Virus record (IMG/VR): IMGVR_UViG_3300034351_000038
Location: 1 to 58,149 of that record
Source of the DNA: a virus
Lineage: Duplodnaviria > Caudoviricetes
Length of the DNA stretch: 58,149 nt
Strand: one strand, 5' to 3'
Shown: one piece after another, positions 8,810 through 16,856 of the stretch
Layout: each line of letters opens with the position of its first letter
Position numbering within the stretch: the stretch's first letter is position 1
Program-made: the position numbers and the translations under genes
The notes under the pieces: model-generated
The model's database searches: none
What the model saw: only the letters and a program-made list of their open reading frames with translations
What the model was told of the DNA's origin: nothing

Positions 8810-8819
8810 TGGAGGAACT

Positions 8820-9008
8820 ATGGCGGAGAGTAAACAGTCTACTTTCCAGCAATACGTTGCTCCAGTCTTGGTTGGAGTCACTGTTGCTGTCGTATTGGGG
8901 GTTTTTAATTGGGTCATTAACTCTGACCGCATTATTACAGAATTAAAAACTCAATATAAAACAATTGATTATAGATTAATGAACATAGAGAAAAAATTGG
9001 GACCGTAA
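8820..9008 (+). CDS. small single-TM protein with coiled-coil tail
   Basis: GGAGG SD; hydrophobic segment. Confidence 0.65.
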   Translation: MAESKQSTFQQYVAPVLVGVTVAVVLGVFNWVINSDRIITELKTQYKTIDYRLMNIEKKLGP

Positions 9009-9009
9009 T

Positions 9010-9408
9010 ATGAAAAAATTGTTTTTTATCATTTCTTTGTTGGTTGCTGGAGTTGCAAATGCAGCATCTGTTACGTTTACTGTGAATCATCCTGGCACTC
9101 GTACCGATGGGGATGTTATTTCTCTTGACGACATGAGTATCGTTGTTGAGTGTGGAAAATCCGACGATGGTAATTTTGCTGATTGGACTTTCACTGTTGA
9201 TAATTTGACTAAAGTGAATAACACAGAACAGCTTATAGAATCTCCTGAGGCAGTTGATTATTGGTGCAGGGCAATTGCTATTGATAATGTCAATAACTTG
9301 AGAAGTGAGCCTAGTCCTGTGTACAAGGCTGATTTTATTGACCCTCCTACCACGTTGGAATTCACTATCAGATTTTCTCCTGCGCCTGCAGGAGCTGTGG
9401 GTGGTTAA
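9010..9408 (+). CDS. signal-peptide protein with FN3/Ig-like beta domain
   Basis: MKK + hydrophobic + ANA signal; YWCRAIAID...SEPS FN3-like end. Confidence 0.6.
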   Translation: MKKLFFIISLLVAGVANAASVTFTVNHPGTRTDGDVISLDDMSIVVECGKSDDGNFADWTFTVDNLTKVNNTEQLIESPEAVDYWCRAIAIDNVNNLRSEPSPVYKADFIDPPTTLEFTIRFSPAPAGAVGG

Positions 9409-9827
9409 TGGCAACTATCGTTCCCAAAAGTTGGATGTTGGTTTACCTAGGAACAGGTAACGGACCAAAGCAATGGCAGCGTGGTATGGTTATTCACGCT
9501 CAACCAATTGATGTGCCGTATGGTAGGCTTGAGGGACCTCCAGCTTTTGGGATAATTCAGACAGAACTCACTGTTGCTGAACTGGCAGATCTTTTAGAAG
9601 AGTATGTCATTTACTATACAGACGAAAATGGTCAAGATGTATCAAGGGTTTTAGGTTTAAGAAAACTAAGATTGAATATAGATGCAATGCCAGCTTTTAT
9701 AGATGATGGCATTTCACAAAGTGAGGTTTCTGCATTAAAGAAAATGACGGTTGGAGATGTACTAGCTTCTGTTGGCGTAGATAAGGCATTAACAAATGAT
9801 GTTACAAGCAACAAGGCAGCTCTATAA
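9408..9827 (+). CDS. hypothetical virion-associated protein
   Basis: TAATG coupling within the structural operon. Confidence 0.6.
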   Translation: MATIVPKSWMLVYLGTGNGPKQWQRGMVIHAQPIDVPYGRLEGPPAFGIIQTELTVAELADLLEEYVIYYTDENGQDVSRVLGLRKLRLNIDAMPAFIDDGISQSEVSALKKMTVGDVLASVGVDKALTNDVTSNKAAL

Positions 9828-12124
9828 TGACAATAATTGTTGACACAACAGGCGGAGGAGATTATACAACCCTGGCTGCTGCAGTTGCATCACTTGGGTC
9901 TTCTTTGTCTGCAGACACATACATAGAGTGCCGTGGCGGTGCTGATTCTACTGGCACTACCATCACTCTTACTTGCCTACCTTACACCCTTTATATCTAT
10001 TCTGACGCCAGTAATAGAGCTGTTCCGTCTGGATTTGATTCTGGCAAATATTACAGAAATAATCACATAACAATTCAAACACCAGGGGTTGATGTTGATG
10101 GATTACAATGGGCAACTCTTGCTTCAGCAAGCTATTGTCTGCTTGTTGACACTTCTGATTCATCCAATGCTGTTTATATAAAAAATTGTTATTTTAGAGA
10201 ACCAAATTATGGGTATCAAGGTAATAGATATGCAATAAACAATACAAGTGGGTTAGCCAATGTAGAAAATGTTATTTTGTATGATAACAATCAGGCAAGT
10301 AGTTCATCAAAGGGGTTTTATGCTAATGCATCTGGTACATTAAATATAAAAAACGCAACAATATCTGGTTGGGGTTATGGAATTTATTTTTCTTGTAACA
10401 CATGCTATTCTACTGTTTTTTACAATCAGAATAATTCTCCATATAGTGCAACACCTACAACAATTGCTTATTGTGGATCTGATACAGATATAACAGGAGA
10501 TGGTACCGGAAACTTTATTTTGGGTACTGCTTCATCAATTTGGAACAGTCCTACGACTGGCGACTACACATTACTGAATTTTACAGGCACTGGCGCAGTA
10601 ATCAATGCCGGTGATCCTAGCAACTCAACTGCAACAGACATGGAAGGTGTCACTAGGAGTGATCCTGATTGTGGAGCTTCAGAGTATGACCAAGGTGGTG
10701 GTCCTGTTGTATTGGTTGTGAATGACTCTCTTTATTCATTGACATTTGATGGTTTTGCACTAACGCAACAACATGTATTAGCGACAAACGATACTACGTT
10801 TTCATATGCGCTTGAGGGCGATTTTGGTTTGACGCAACAGAACACTATTGCTGTTGATGACGCTAACTACAGTTACTCACTTGAGGGTGATTTGTTGCTT
10901 ACGCAACAAAATACTGTTGCTGTTGATGATAGCCTCTATAGCTACTCACTTGAGGGCGATCTGTTGCTTACGCAACAAAATGTACTTGCTGCAGATGATA
11001 GCCTGTACAGCTATGCACTGGAAGGGAACTTAAATCTTGTGCAACAGAACATCCTAGCTGCTGATGATAGTGCCTACAGCTATTCAATCGACGGAACGAT
11101 TGGGCTTATCCAGCAGAACACGCTGGTGGCCGCAGACAGCGCTTATGCCTACTCTCTTGAGGGAGATTTGACCCTTGACGTCAGCTCGCTTCTTGCTGTG
11201 AATGACGCGGCTTACAGCTACTCTCTGGAGGGTGGTTTTGGGCTCACACAGCAGAACACTGTTGCTGTTGATGATAGCCTTTACAGCTACTCTCTTGAAG
11301 GTGACTTCGGTTTAACGCAGCAAAATACGCTGGTTGCCAATGATAACACATATTCTTATTCTTTGGAAGGTGATATAATATTAGATGTGGGATCTACATT
11401 ATCAGTTAATGATAGTGCCTATGATTATACGTTGGATGGAGACCTTAATTTAATTCAGCAGAATATATTGAATGTAAGTGAAAATCTTTATGATTATTCA
11501 CTAGAGGGGGGAATTGGTCTTATCCAGCAAAATATTTTGTCAGCTGCCGATAGTGCATATGACTATGCGCTTGAAGGGGATTTGACATTAGATGTAGGTT
11601 CTTTCTTGGCAGTTAATAATAGCGCTTACAACTATACTCTTGATGGTGATCTTGGTTTAACACAACAGAATATATTGAATGTGAATGATGCATCCTATTC
11701 TTACATAGCAGACAGTCTAATTTTAGCTGCTGAATATATATTATCTGTAGATGATACAGCTTTTGCTTTGTCGATAGAAAACGTTGATTTGTTGTCTGGG
11801 TATGTGCTGACTATATCAGATTCTATATATTCGTTGTCGATAGACAATATCGTTTTGGCACAAAACAATATATTGGCAATCGATGACACTTTGTTTTCTT
11901 ATACAACTGATGATTTCGGATTATCTGCGCATGAAACCTTGATTGTATCTGATTCTCTGTACAGCTACATAGTTGATAATGTAGCATTACAGTTTGATGT
12001 TTATTGGAATGATTCAAACGCAATTGTCGTTATGAGCAACAACAGGAAGTTTGCTATACTAGACACGAAACATTTAATCAATGTTAGTGGAATAAACAAC
12101 GTTATTAATCTTCATAACGTTTAA
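9827..12124 (+). CDS. putative virion appendage protein: N-terminal beta-helix-like domain plus ~19 tandem 22-23-aa repeats
   Basis: GGGDYTTLAAA start, D.GA.EY motif, repeats of DDSxYSYSLEGDxxLTQQNxLxV. Confidence 0.7.
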   Translation: MTIIVDTTGGGDYTTLAAAVASLGSSLSADTYIECRGGADSTGTTITLTCLPYTLYIYSDASNRAVPSGFDSGKYYRNNHITIQTPGVDVDGLQWATLASASYCLLVDTSDSSNAVYIKNCYFREPNYGYQGNRYAINNTSGLANVENVILYDNNQASSSSKGFYANASGTLNIKNATISGWGYGIYFSCNTCYSTVFYNQNNSPYSATPTTIAYCGSDTDITGDGTGNFILGTASSIWNSPTTGDYTLLNFTGTGAVINAGDPSNSTATDMEGVTRSDPDCGASEYDQGGGPVVLVVNDSLYSLTFDGFALTQQHVLATNDTTFSYALEGDFGLTQQNTIAVDDANYSYSLEGDLLLTQQNTVAVDDSLYSYSLEGDLLLTQQNVLAADDSLYSYALEGNLNLVQQNILAADDSAYSYSIDGTIGLIQQNTLVAADSAYAYSLEGDLTLDVSSLLAVNDAAYSYSLEGGFGLTQQNTVAVDDSLYSYSLEGDFGLTQQNTLVANDNTYSYSLEGDIILDVGSTLSVNDSAYDYTLDGDLNLIQQNILNVSENLYDYSLEGGIGLIQQNILSAADSAYDYALEGDLTLDVGSFLAVNNSAYNYTLDGDLGLTQQNILNVNDASYSYIADSLILAAEYILSVDDTAFALSIENVDLLSGYVLTISDSIYSLSIDNIVLAQNNILAIDDTLFSYTTDDFGLSAHETLIVSDSLYSYIVDNVALQFDVYWNDSNAIVVMSNNRKFAILDTKHLINVSGINNVINLHNV
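10721..11996 (+). repeat. 69-bp (23-aa) tandem coding repeats, ~19 units
   Basis: e.g. CTACAGTTACTCACTTGAGGG at 10867 and CTATAGCTACTCACTTGAGGG at 10936. Confidence 0.9.
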
Positions 12125-12137
12125 TTGGAGAAAATAC

Positions 12138-12392
12138 ATGTCTGAAAAACTTGTTAAGGTAGAAATTCTTAAAAAATTTAAGCATTCTGATCCTGAAACA
12201 AACGTGTTTTATCAGGGTATACCTGGTGAAGTGTGGTTTGTTGGTGAAGAGTTTGCTACTTATGGTTGTAAAATGGGTTGGTTTAGGGATTTGGCCGACG
12301 TTATCCCCACCGGTAAACCGGACAAAAGTGAAGTTGTCCTTGCACCAAACAAAAGCATTTATGGCGCAAAATCGGAGAAAGTAAATGGCTAA
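12138..12392 (+). CDS. hypothetical structural-module protein
   Basis: GGAG SD; operon context. Confidence 0.65.
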   Translation: MSEKLVKVEILKKFKHSDPETNVFYQGIPGEVWFVGEEFATYGCKMGWFRDLADVIPTGKPDKSEVVLAPNKSIYGAKSEKVNG

Positions 12393-12747
12393 ACTTGCAA
12401 CAGACGCAATGATTGATGGTGGATTGGATAAATTCGCTACTTGTACAAAACTTACTGTGTGTGCAGGGCAACCAACCTCATACGCGGATATAGCAGCTAG
12501 GGAACTTGCATCAGTCACAATTGACGGTGCAGACTTCACTAAAGCTAATGGTGACACTTCCGGTAGAAAGGTTACAGTTGCGCAGCAGGCTAGCCTTTCG
12601 ATTACTTCTGACGGGACCGCAGATCACATCGCCATTGATAACGGTGTTGCTGATTATGTAATCACGACCTGTACTGCGCAGGGCCTGACTAGTGGTGGAA
12701 CTGTAACTGTACCTGCTCACGATCACGAAATTTCTGATCCTGCTTAA
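12385..12747 (+). CDS. putative virion structural protein
   Basis: Small beta-rich A/T/G protein; GGAG SD. Confidence 0.65.
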   Translation: MAKLATDAMIDGGLDKFATCTKLTVCAGQPTSYADIAARELASVTIDGADFTKANGDTSGRKVTVAQQASLSITSDGTADHIAIDNGVADYVITTCTAQGLTSGGTVTVPAHDHEISDPA

Positions 12748-12760
12748 GGAGTAATAGAAG

Positions 12761-13294
12761 ATGGCTTTTATATATGATGTAGATCAAACTAAGCCATTGA
12801 AACCTAAAATCGTGCACGATCCCGATGAAAGTGTTTATTACACTCTAAGGTATCGTGCACCAATTTGGGCGTCTGAAACGGAGAAAAAGCAGGCAAGTGC
12901 AATAGATGATGTTGGCGATATCGTCATGCCAACAGTGAGAAATGGCTTTTATGCTGAATGTATTTCATCTGGCATTACAGGAACAACTGAACCGACTTGG
13001 GGTTCAGCAGTCAACGAACAGGTAACAGATGGGACCGTTACATGGAAAATGTTGACTGACTACTTTGAGTTAGAAAGTGGCGATGTTATCAGCTCAAGCT
13101 CTTGGACTGCTGATGATGTTGGTGTCGTTATGGATAACGATGGTACCTCAAACGGAGACGCCTATGTTAGGGTTACGGCAGTTCCAGCTGGAGCAACTTC
13201 GTTTACTCTAACCAATGAATTGACTATTCTAAGGGGCATCGGTACTACAGAGATAATTAATCGGTCGATCACCATTAAAATTAAAGAGAAGTAG
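12761..13294 (+). CDS. putative virion structural protein
   Basis: C..SG.TG.TEPTW...VTDGTVTW module inserted in an HDPDE...SSSW Ig-like frame. Confidence 0.6.
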   Translation: MAFIYDVDQTKPLKPKIVHDPDESVYYTLRYRAPIWASETEKKQASAIDDVGDIVMPTVRNGFYAECISSGITGTTEPTWGSAVNEQVTDGTVTWKMLTDYFELESGDVISSSSWTADDVGVVMDNDGTSNGDAYVRVTAVPAGATSFTLTNELTILRGIGTTEIINRSITIKIKEK

Positions 13295-13297
13295 AAA

Positions 13298-13705
13298 ATG
13301 TCATTAACATTAGCTGTTAACGCATCATACGCTACAATCGACGAAGCAGATATTTATCTGGAGAACAATGCTGCTTGGAATGCTGCGTCTGATGAGACGA
13401 GAGAAGAGGCGTTGCTGTGGGCAAGATACTATATAGATTATCGTTTTAACTGCATAGATGTTCTTGATAGTATTCCAGATGAGCTTATTTTTGCAACTGC
13501 AATTTTGGCTGCAGAATATGTCGTTAGACCAAATGCTTTCAAGCCACAAGCAACAGTTATCAAAAAGGCAGTGCAGGTTGGATCGATTAAAACCTTTAAG
13601 CAATTTTCTTCTGACGATAAAGTAACACCAAGTGTTTCAAGAATGGCAAAAACTATGTTAAGAAGGATTGCAGGCGAAATTTCTAATAATAGGTTTGTAA
13701 GATAA
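13298..13705 (+). CDS. head-tail adaptor (DnaT-like/connector family)
   Basis: SYATIDEADIY...AL..A..YID motif; position. Confidence 0.75.
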   Translation: MSLTLAVNASYATIDEADIYLENNAAWNAASDETREEALLWARYYIDYRFNCIDVLDSIPDELIFATAILAAEYVVRPNAFKPQATVIKKAVQVGSIKTFKQFSSDDKVTPSVSRMAKTMLRRIAGEISNNRFVR

Positions 13706-14076
13706 TGTCTTTGATAGAAGAACTAACTGCAGATGTCGTAGAAGCATTTGATGATTTGGATGATGTAGTGTTTAACTTCACCATCTCATATTCGTCTGGT
13801 GGTACTTTCGTTGCTTCTACGCAAACCGTAACAGGAAGAAATTCAGGATCAGGATCCTGGCGCGGAGTTGAATTGGAATTCACCGAAAAGGATTTAAGAG
13901 ATTTACCTGTAGGTAAAACTGTTATTGGAATCATGGCTATTGCATCCGAAGCACCTTTTGTGATTGACACAAATGTAAACTATAAAATTACTGTTGATGG
14001 GAAGAATTATATTACACACAAGATAAAAAGAGATCCTGCAAAAGTAACATATGCTTTGGTGTGTATAGAAGCATGA
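13705..14076 (+). CDS. head closure protein
   Basis: Position; RDPA..Y C-terminus. Confidence 0.65.
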   Translation: MSLIEELTADVVEAFDDLDDVVFNFTISYSSGGTFVASTQTVTGRNSGSGSWRGVELEFTEKDLRDLPVGKTVIGIMAIASEAPFVIDTNVNYKITVDGKNYITHKIKRDPAKVTYALVCIEA

Positions 14077-14456
14077 GTGGTGTCAAATACAAAGGTAAAA
14101 GTTTGGATGTAATAGCATCAGATATTGAAAATTTTGTTGCAAGAAAACAGAAGAAGTTTTTGATTGGGTTATGGAATAATTTGGTTGATGGTACACCAGT
14201 AGATACCGGTGCAGCAAGGTCAAATTGGACGTTGTCACCAGACAAACCATTGTTGACATTGAACCCAAAAGATGGAACGCAATACCAAAGACCAGATACT
14301 CCTTCTGTTGGTGATTTTCCTTATGTGCACAAAACTTGGTATATCGCTAATATGTCACCGTACATTCTCTATTTGAACGAGGGCCATTCGTGGGCAGCAG
14401 GTTGGATAGACACATCGATACAAAGAAACCTAGTTAAGTTTAGTACAGAGAAATAA
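14073..14456 (+). CDS. HK97 gp10-like neck/tail completion protein
   Basis: TPVDTGAARSNW and N..PY..YLNEGHS motifs. Confidence 0.85.
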   Translation: MSGVKYKGKSLDVIASDIENFVARKQKKFLIGLWNNLVDGTPVDTGAARSNWTLSPDKPLLTLNPKDGTQYQRPDTPSVGDFPYVHKTWYIANMSPYILYLNEGHSWAAGWIDTSIQRNLVKFSTEK

Positions 14457-14468
14457 TAGGGAAAAACA

Positions 14469-14855
14469 ATGCCAAGTTTATATGACATTAAAGTATCATT
14501 TGACACGATGTTACAGGACAACTGGACTGCGACACCGATTGCATTTGACAACACTGATACTTACAAAAAAGGTTCGGTGCCTTGGCTTAACGCTGTGCTT
14601 CTGCCAAGCATCACAACAAATGCCGATCTTAATGGTTTGGAGAGGCATTATGGGATTTATAGAATCTCAGTTTTTGTTCCATTGTTTAGTGGGACAAAAG
14701 ATGCGTATACGTATGCAGAGCAATTGAGAGCACTATTCACTAACCAGCTTTTTGACCAAATAGTATGTTATGCTGCTGAAATTAGAAGAGTTGGGGATAA
14801 TGGAAACGGCTGGTTCATGATGAATGTTTTAGTTAACTTTTGGTCCGATCAATAG
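14469..14855 (+). CDS. tail terminator protein
   Basis: W..TPIAFDN, G.Y.I.VFVP...G..A..LRALF; precedes tail tube. Confidence 0.75.
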   Translation: MPSLYDIKVSFDTMLQDNWTATPIAFDNTDTYKKGSVPWLNAVLLPSITTNADLNGLERHYGIYRISVFVPLFSGTKDAYTYAEQLRALFTNQLFDQIVCYAAEIRRVGDNGNGWFMMNVLVNFWSDQ

Positions 14856-14864
14856 AGGTATAAT

Positions 14865-16052
14865 ATGGCTATTTCAACCACAAATTATGTTCAGTTCTCT
14901 TACATCAAAGAAACTGTCCCTGGGGAAACCCCTGCAACTCCGCAATTTCAGAAGATCCCTGTAAAAAGCGTTGGTCTTTCTGACAATATTACAACTTCCA
15001 CTTCTGAAGTGATTCGCGACGACCGTCAAACTGACGATCTCACTATCGTTGATGCTGAAGTATCTGGTGATTGCAATTATGAGCTTTCGTATAGTCCTTT
15101 CAAACCATTGATTGTGTCTCTCCTTCAGGGTGGCGCGCTTATCTCTGTCAGTGAGGCTGGCAGTGATGTGACGGTGGCTCAAACTGGCAGCACGTATACC
15201 AGTGCCGCTACGATCAATTTTGGTACTTCTGGCTTACTACCTGGCATGAAAGTGCGCGTTGCTGGCTTTACTGATCCGGCCAACAACGGCATCAAGACAG
15301 TTGTCACTGCTACTGCTGGCGTACTTACTGTTGAGGAAACTCTTGCCGATGAGGCAGCTGGAGACTCCGTAACGTTCGATGTGGAATGTGTTCGTAATGG
15401 TGCCGAGACCATGGATACCTACACCTTCAAGAAGAAGATCAATGCCCCTGGAGCAACCAACGCATTCTTCTATTATCGTGGGTGTGCAATCAACAAAATG
15501 TCGTTTGATTTTGCTACTGGTGCGATTCTTACTGGTGCAATGGGTCTTATTGGTCGGACTGCAGAGGCAAGGACTTCTGATCTTACTGGTGAGCAAACGC
15601 CACTTGAGGTTCCTTCCTACAGAATCATGAACTCTGTATCGTCAATCACATCGATAACTGCTACTGGCCTCCCAACCACAGCGGAGTTCTCTAACCTTAA
15701 TCTGACCATCGATAATCAGGCTAAGGCAGCTAAGGCTATTGGTACTCTTGGTGCTGCTGATATTGCCCCACTTAGTTTACAAGTTACTGGTGACATTGAA
15801 CTTTATTTCGAAGACCTTTCGCTTTATAATATCTATAAGGCGGCTACTGAATTTGCGCTCTCGTTTACTTTGGAAGACGCTACTGCCAGTCAAAACATCA
15901 TGGTTATTGATCTTCCAAAATGTAAGTTCAATGAGTTGAGTGAGCCGGTTGATGGCAAAGACGCTTTCTTGATGGAGAGTGGTTCTCTTACCGCACTTCG
16001 TGATGCCACCAACAACTATACTGTACAGTTTAGTTTCTTTGACGCCGTATAG
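14865..16052 (+). CDS. major tail tube protein with internal insertion domain
   Basis: YIKE..GETP, SE.IR.DRQ, VTG.IELYF, IDLP motifs. Confidence 0.85.
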   Translation: MAISTTNYVQFSYIKETVPGETPATPQFQKIPVKSVGLSDNITTSTSEVIRDDRQTDDLTIVDAEVSGDCNYELSYSPFKPLIVSLLQGGALISVSEAGSDVTVAQTGSTYTSAATINFGTSGLLPGMKVRVAGFTDPANNGIKTVVTATAGVLTVEETLADEAAGDSVTFDVECVRNGAETMDTYTFKKKINAPGATNAFFYYRGCAINKMSFDFATGAILTGAMGLIGRTAEARTSDLTGEQTPLEVPSYRIMNSVSSITSITATGLPTTAEFSNLNLTIDNQAKAAKAIGTLGAADIAPLSLQVTGDIELYFEDLSLYNIYKAATEFALSFTLEDATASQNIMVIDLPKCKFNELSEPVDGKDAFLMESGSLTALRDATNNYTVQFSFFDAV

Positions 16053-16053
16053 T

Positions 16054-16139
16054 TTTATAGAATTCTGGTCATTGTGGATACACCGTTTAATATGACACCA
16101 AGCCAGTGGTAACGGGCAGAGTCCACAACTAATTATAAA
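16054..16139 (+). other. structured intergenic RNA (long imperfect hairpin)
   Basis: Nested pairings TTTATA/TATAAA, TTGTGGA/TCCACAA, CCGTT/AACGG, ACCA/TGGT. Confidence 0.5.
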
Positions 16140-16161
16140 GTCATATATTGGAGAAACAAAA

Positions 16162-16545
16162 ATGAGTAAGATTTGTATTACACCTGTCAATGAAGTAGCA
16201 GCAGAAACTGGAGTTTGGGGAAAGTATCGTGGAGTAGATATGCTCATCGCCAGATCTGGAAATCAGAAATTTGAACAGCTTATGCGTGTGTTGACTAAGC
16301 CACACGAAAGGGCTATTGAGAGGGGTAACCTAGATAAAAAGACGAGTGCTGATATTTGGGCTGAAGTGACTGGCAAAACAATCCTGCTTGATTGGAAGAA
16401 TTTTCCAGGTGGTGTTGAGTATTCTAATGAAAATGCCAAGGCACTCATTTTGAACGATAGAGATGCAGCAGAATACATCAAGGAGTTTTCTGAGACTCTT
16501 GAAAACTACCTCTCACAAGAAATTGATGATACGGTGGAAAAGTAA
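16162..16545 (+). CDS. tail assembly chaperone (gpG-like)
   Basis: IAR.GN..F, ILLDW, YS.ENA..L motifs; between tube and tape measure. Confidence 0.85.
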   Translation: MSKICITPVNEVAAETGVWGKYRGVDMLIARSGNQKFEQLMRVLTKPHERAIERGNLDKKTSADIWAEVTGKTILLDWKNFPGGVEYSNENAKALILNDRDAAEYIKEFSETLENYLSQEIDDTVEK

Positions 16546-16856
16546 CAAAACTCTTTAGTTGGTTTTTAGAATATGGCAAAAATATAGAGTTTTTCAAAAA
16601 ATTAGAAAAAGAAGGAAAACCTAGCCCACTAGACGATATACCAAAAGGAGATACAGTAACAGAATGGTATATCGAAATGTTCTACAGACTAAAACACCCA
16701 TGGGACACGGATGTCTCAATCCAAAATCAATTGTTTGTAATTAAAGAGTTTGTATTGATTGGTTCTGCTGACGAATTTCTACAAGTGATGAGATCACTTA
16801 ACAAGACTTACAGGGAGTATCACGAAAGGCACAAAAACAAAGGGCAAAAGCAATGA
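16536..16856 (+). CDS. gpT-like extension reached by -1 frameshift (G-T fusion)
   Basis: GGAAAAG at 16536-16542 just before the stop; -1 frame open ~105 codons (KVTKLFSWFLEYG...KGQKQ) ending in an ATGA overlap with the tape measure. Confidence 0.8.
   Translation, partial: GKVTKLFSWFLEYGKNIEFFKKLEKEGKPSPLDDIPKGDTVTEWYIEMFYRLKHPWDTDVSIQNQLFVIKEFVLIGSADEFLQVMRSLNKTYREYHERHKNKGQKQ

Noticed and set aside
10721-11996. CRISPR-like array
   Set aside because: Repeats are in-frame 69-bp coding units with synonymous variation and no repeat-spacer structure; the Cas4-like gene sits in a normal recombination cluster.
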